Below are positions 59,482 to 64,000 of a stretch of 64,000 nt of DNA, in pieces (within the stretch, counting starts at the first letter, position 1; every line of letters starts with the position of its first letter). Source of the stretch: a virus; the IMG/VR virus record IMGVR_UViG_3300032050_000037, positions 32,001 through 96,000 of that record. One strand, 5' to 3'. The notes under the pieces are model-generated. The model worked only from the letters and a program-made list of their open reading frames with translations, searched no databases and was not told where the DNA came from. A program made the translations under genes and the position numbers.

Positions 59482-59640
59482 ATGTCAGACGGAAAAAATT
59501 TAACAGGCTTCAATGAGGCAAAGCCAGCAGGTTCTTCACCATGGGCTACAGAGTCATACACAGAAGCTCCAAAAGCAGCATTCCCTGCAACAGATAAATC
59601 ATCACAAGATGGCGCAGGACTAAACAACGGCGGTAAGTAA
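59482..59640 (+). CDS. 52-aa low-complexity protein (not in track)
   Basis: SD AGGAG; MSDGKNLTGFNEAKPAGSSPW...; promoter TGCTATAAT upstream. Confidence 0.5.
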   Translation: MSDGKNLTGFNEAKPAGSSPWATESYTEAPKAAFPATDKSSQDGAGLNNGGK

Positions 59641-59784
59641 TAATGTGTGTAGAATGCGGATGTGAATCAGTAGGAAGCGAAACAGGAATTGTTTCAGCTC
59701 CTATGTTAGATGTAACAAGAGATGGAGAAGCAGGACTAACATTAAATATGACTGCAACTTCAGAACAAAGAGAAAGATTTATTA

Positions 59785-60003
59785 ATGAGTGAAAATGGTA
59801 CAGGAATGGCAACTCCGCCAAACAATGAACCATCTGGAGCTTTAACTTCTCAAGAAGTTGGTCGTAAAAATCCAACACAGGGTAAGTTTAAATCTGGAAT
59901 TCAAGATAAAAGATCATTAACCAGAATAGATAGAAATAAACACGGTATTCGTAGAGAAACAAATATCGGAGTAAAAAGAACTGGTAGATCTAAGAAAGTA
60001 TAA
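59785..60003 (+). CDS. Small basic protein
   Basis: 72 aa, Arg/Lys-rich C-terminus. Confidence 0.45.
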   Translation: MSENGTGMATPPNNEPSGALTSQEVGRKNPTQGKFKSGIQDKRSLTRIDRNKHGIRRETNIGVKRTGRSKKV

Positions 60004-60016
60004 ATATGTGTAAACA

Positions 60017-60050
60017 ATCAATATGCGACTCTTCGGAGTTGCATATTGAT
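60017..60050 (+). terminator. 15-bp stem with cUUCGg tetraloop (terminator or processing hairpin)
   Basis: ATCAATATGCGACTC-TTCG-GAGTTGCATATTGAT. Confidence 0.55.
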
Positions 60051-60120
60051 ATTTTAAGAACAATAGATGATCAGATAGACGACGCAGAACAAACAGGAAT
60101 TATTTAGTAGAAAGACTTTT

Positions 60121-60765
60121 TTGAGTAGAAAACCTTATTTAAGAGTAGCAGATGTTTTACTAGAAAGAGCTGTAAAAGATTCTGCTGATTATGCTGAACA
60201 AAATATGAAAGACGCCTTAGTCTTTTTTGATGAGAGTAAAGAATCAATGTGGCGTTATTGTTTAAAACAATTAAAATTTTATGGCATAATGGCTGAATTT
60301 GGTGTATTTAATGGTAAATCAATTAATTATATAAGTTCATTATTACCAAACTATAAATTTTACGGATTTGATTCTTTTACAGGACTTAAAGAAGATTGGT
60401 CTGGTTGGGAGTGGTCTCAAGGAGATTTTTCATTAAATGGAGTTATGCCTGAAGTTAATAATAATGTTGAACTAATTCCTGGATATTTTGATGAATCTTT
60501 ACCAGACTGGTTGTCTAAAAATAATGGCCCATTTGCGTTTATTAATATTGATTGTGATACTTATGAGTCAACTAAAACTGTTTTAAATTTATTAGGGAAA
60601 AATAGAATAGTGAAAGGTACAGTTATTATATTTGATGAATATTTTGGATATAATAATTGGAGATCTCATGAGTTTAAGGCTTGGCAAGAGTTTGTTTTAA
60701 ATAATGATATAAAATATAAATATTTAGCCTTAAATCATTTACAGGTAGGAATTATTGTTCAATGA
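60121..60765 (+). CDS. TylF/MycF-like O-methyltransferase
   Basis: EFGVFNG.S, GFDSF.GL, IDCDTYES, IIFDEY. Confidence 0.8.
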   Translation: MSRKPYLRVADVLLERAVKDSADYAEQNMKDALVFFDESKESMWRYCLKQLKFYGIMAEFGVFNGKSINYISSLLPNYKFYGFDSFTGLKEDWSGWEWSQGDFSLNGVMPEVNNNVELIPGYFDESLPDWLSKNNGPFAFINIDCDTYESTKTVLNLLGKNRIVKGTVIIFDEYFGYNNWRSHEFKAWQEFVLNNDIKYKYLALNHLQVGIIVQ

Positions 60766-60792
60766 TTAAATATATGATAGAATATAGACATA

Positions 60793-61518
60793 ATGTTTTA
60801 TAATCGACCAGACTGCATCCAAATTGCTGAAGGAATATATGTCTTTAAAAACTATATTCCAGAAGAAATGTGCAATAGATTTTCTACAATATTAGATAAA
60901 TTCGAAGAAAATAGATTTAAAGAAGATAAAAACTATATTCCTTGGTATGACGATAAAATGAGTCCATCGGTACCAGAAGCCTTAGATTTGTGGGAACATG
61001 TGTCTGATCTTATTTATCCAGAGTATGTTATAAATCCACAATCACAATTCATATGTTCAAGACCAGGACAAGAAGGAATGTTTGTTCACTGTGATAGCCC
61101 TGGTAAAGAAAATGCTCATGAATTAACTCAAGAAGATAGTTATTCAACCTGTAGCATAATTGATTTTGGAGTTGTTGCATATATATCAAATTTTGAAGGT
61201 GGAGAAATATTTTATCCTGCTTTTTCAAAAGATGGAATTTTAAAATCAGAAAATAATTTTGATGAATCAGATGAATTAATATACAAGCCTGGACTTGGAG
61301 ACGTAGTTATACACAAATCAGAAGCTCCATATTTTCATGGAACAAAACCAGTATTGTCTGGTGTTAGATATGCCTTTTCTTGTTTTGCTACAAACATAGC
61401 ACAAGTACCAGGAACTTTTTATTCATATAAAAGCCCAGAGTATTTAGAAAAAATTAAAGACAGGTCACAAGAGTCTTTTGATAATTGGTTGAATCCTATA
61501 CAAAATAGCAAGGTTTAA
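60793..61518 (+). CDS. 2OG-Fe(II) oxygenase
   Basis: HCD, FEGGEIFYP, HG, RY. Confidence 0.8.
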   Translation: MFYNRPDCIQIAEGIYVFKNYIPEEMCNRFSTILDKFEENRFKEDKNYIPWYDDKMSPSVPEALDLWEHVSDLIYPEYVINPQSQFICSRPGQEGMFVHCDSPGKENAHELTQEDSYSTCSIIDFGVVAYISNFEGGEIFYPAFSKDGILKSENNFDESDELIYKPGLGDVVIHKSEAPYFHGTKPVLSGVRYAFSCFATNIAQVPGTFYSYKSPEYLEKIKDRSQESFDNWLNPIQNSKV

Positions 61519-61519
61519 T

Positions 61520-62341
61520 ATGTTTACAAAAAACAATAATATAAAACAAATTGCAGAAGAAATATGGATATATAAAAATTTTATTTCAGAAGAAGAAAAT
61601 AATAAAATAACTTCTTTAATGAAAGAATATGAAAATACATTTAAAGATAAAAAAGAAGCTTTTGTTTACAAAAATCAACATATTGATTGGTATAAAGATA
61701 AAACTGGCCCACTGCTAATTGATTTAAAGCCAATATGGGACAAAATATCCTATCTTCTATACCCAGAACACTATATTCATCCACAACTTTTTGTTAACGT
61801 AATGAGACCTGGAGATGAAGGCATGTTCATACATGCAGATAGTCCAGGAATGAATATGGAGCATAAATTAACACAATTAGATAGATGGAGTACATGCTGT
61901 AGATTAAGTCATGGAATAGTAACATATTTTGGAGATTACGAGGGTGGAAACATTTATTATCCTAATATTGAAAAAGATGGATCTATTAAACAACGACCTC
62001 AAGATGATCAAGATTGTTTAGAAGTTGAAGTAAACCCAAGAGATTTAGTAATTCATGGAGCATGTCATCCATGGGAACATGGGGTAAGAAAAATAACTGG
62101 CGGTACTAGATATGCTTATTCTAATTTTGCAATGGAAAAAGAACATGCGCCTGGAACTTTTGAGCTGTTTGACCCAGAAAAACATCCTTTTATGAAAGAA
62201 GAAGAGGAAATAATTAGTTGGGTAAATACTGTACATCCAGAAACAACTTTTTGTAAAAAGAAATGCATTTGTGGACAATCTAAAGATTTTCCATATTGCG
62301 ATAATACCCATAAAATAATTAATAAAAAATTAATTGACTAA
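61520..62341 (+). CDS. 2OG-Fe(II) oxygenase with C-terminal CDGSH-type Fe-S motif
   Basis: HAD, YEGG, HGV, RY; CICGQSKDFPYCDNTH. Confidence 0.8.
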   Translation: MFTKNNNIKQIAEEIWIYKNFISEEENNKITSLMKEYENTFKDKKEAFVYKNQHIDWYKDKTGPLLIDLKPIWDKISYLLYPEHYIHPQLFVNVMRPGDEGMFIHADSPGMNMEHKLTQLDRWSTCCRLSHGIVTYFGDYEGGNIYYPNIEKDGSIKQRPQDDQDCLEVEVNPRDLVIHGACHPWEHGVRKITGGTRYAYSNFAMEKEHAPGTFELFDPEKHPFMKEEEEIISWVNTVHPETTFCKKKCICGQSKDFPYCDNTHKIINKKLID

Positions 62342-62463
62342 TTTGTTACAATATTGTAAAATAAATTAATGTTAAATAAAATAAAATGCAAGTTGTTTGG
62401 ACATCCTTTGTTTAGATATACGTCCTGTCCATTTACTATGAAAAAATATTTTATTTGTGATTC

Positions 62464-62766
62464 TTGTGGATATATAAAAGACGCCAATGGAGAAAATATA
62501 TGAGAAAGCTTTTAAATGGAGAAACAGTAGAATCATATGAAAATGCTATAGATTTAACTATTCATACAAAAGCACCAGCTAAATGGAAATTAATTGATAT
62601 GGAAACTGGTCAGGAGTATGTGGGCTCTGCAGAACCAAATGAGTATGGTAAATGGATCAGGATTAAAGATAAAGAAATATCTGAAGCTGGGTACTCAACA
62701 GGTAAATGGTCCGATGACGGTGACTGGAATATTCCAATAACTCCATTTAGAGATAAATTAAGATGA
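62464..62766 (+). CDS. Hypothetical protein
   Basis: TKAPAKWKLIDMETGQEY; likely start 62500. Confidence 0.55.
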   Translation: MWIYKRRQWRKYMRKLLNGETVESYENAIDLTIHTKAPAKWKLIDMETGQEYVGSAEPNEYGKWIRIKDKEISEAGYSTGKWSDDGDWNIPITPFRDKLR

Positions 62767-62920
62767 TTAAATTTAGAAGTCCAATATACTGGGAACATAA
62801 GTTAAATGGTTTAGTGAATAAACTTTGTTATACATGCGGAAATAGATACGATACTACTTTTAAAAAAATAGAAAAAAAACAAGATAAATGTCCTTATTGT
62901 AAATATAGGGAATATGAATA

Positions 62921-63184
62921 ATGAAAGAATTTGATGCATATTGTAAATATTGTGAGATGGTTGTAAGGGGTAAAACTACAGCTATAAATCAATTGGAGTC
63001 TGGAAATTATCTATACATAGGGGAATGCCTAGTATGTTTATATGAAATTAGAAGAATTGTGCCTAAAAATAAAATTGAAAATAGTATTCCTGGTTATCAA
63101 AAAACTCCGCCAGAGTGGTGCGATGATTGCGTATCTCCACCAGGATCTCCATGTCCAGTTTGTGGATGTACACATAATTGTTAA
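62921..63184 (+). CDS. Cys-rich Zn-ribbon protein
   Basis: AYCKYC...GECLVC...CDDC...CPVC. Confidence 0.55.
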   Translation: MKEFDAYCKYCEMVVRGKTTAINQLESGNYLYIGECLVCLYEIRRIVPKNKIENSIPGYQKTPPEWCDDCVSPPGSPCPVCGCTHNC

Positions 63185-63190
63185 ATACTA

Positions 63191-64000
<810 letters not shown>

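Noticed and set aside
870-62798. Other minus-strand and nested + strand ORFs in the track
   Set aside because: All overlap well-supported + strand genes and lack motifs or an RBS; the window appears unidirectional

Overview
AT-rich segment of a large lytic-type tailed phage (siphovirus-like) genome. Essentially all credible genes are on the + strand. Order: tail module (tail assembly chaperone with a -1 frameshift, 2099-aa tape measure, tail-tip proteins, Cys-rich fibre); replication/recombination module (DnaB, primase, SSB, DnaE, MazG-like, RecA, Cas4-like nuclease, two resolvases); terminase genes embedded in a sugar-modification cluster (GT25, GT32, GT61, methyltransferase, nucleotidyltransferase-HAD, cupin, SGNH-like proteins, NodU/CmcH carbamoyltransferase, SDR); tRNA(CAT); then an accessory arm (SNase, Hsp20, large surface protein, lipoprotein/holin-like/CHAP lysis cassette, WhiB, Ntn protease, subtilase, pyrimidine-dimer glycosylase, thioredoxin, several 2OG-Fe(II) oxygenases, and the 5' part of a catalase-peroxidase katG that is absent from the ORF track). 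WhiB, DnaE-type replication and many apparently leaderless promoters point to an actinobacterial host, possibly a freshwater low-GC lineage (inference). Strongest leads: phage-borne KatG within an oxidative-stress gene set, the carbamoyltransferase/glycan cluster with two unannotated basic micro-ORFs, a 38-Cys modular tail fibre, a structured small RNA candidate after hsp20, and a repeated hairpin-over-promoter element. All calls come from reading motifs; no searches were run.
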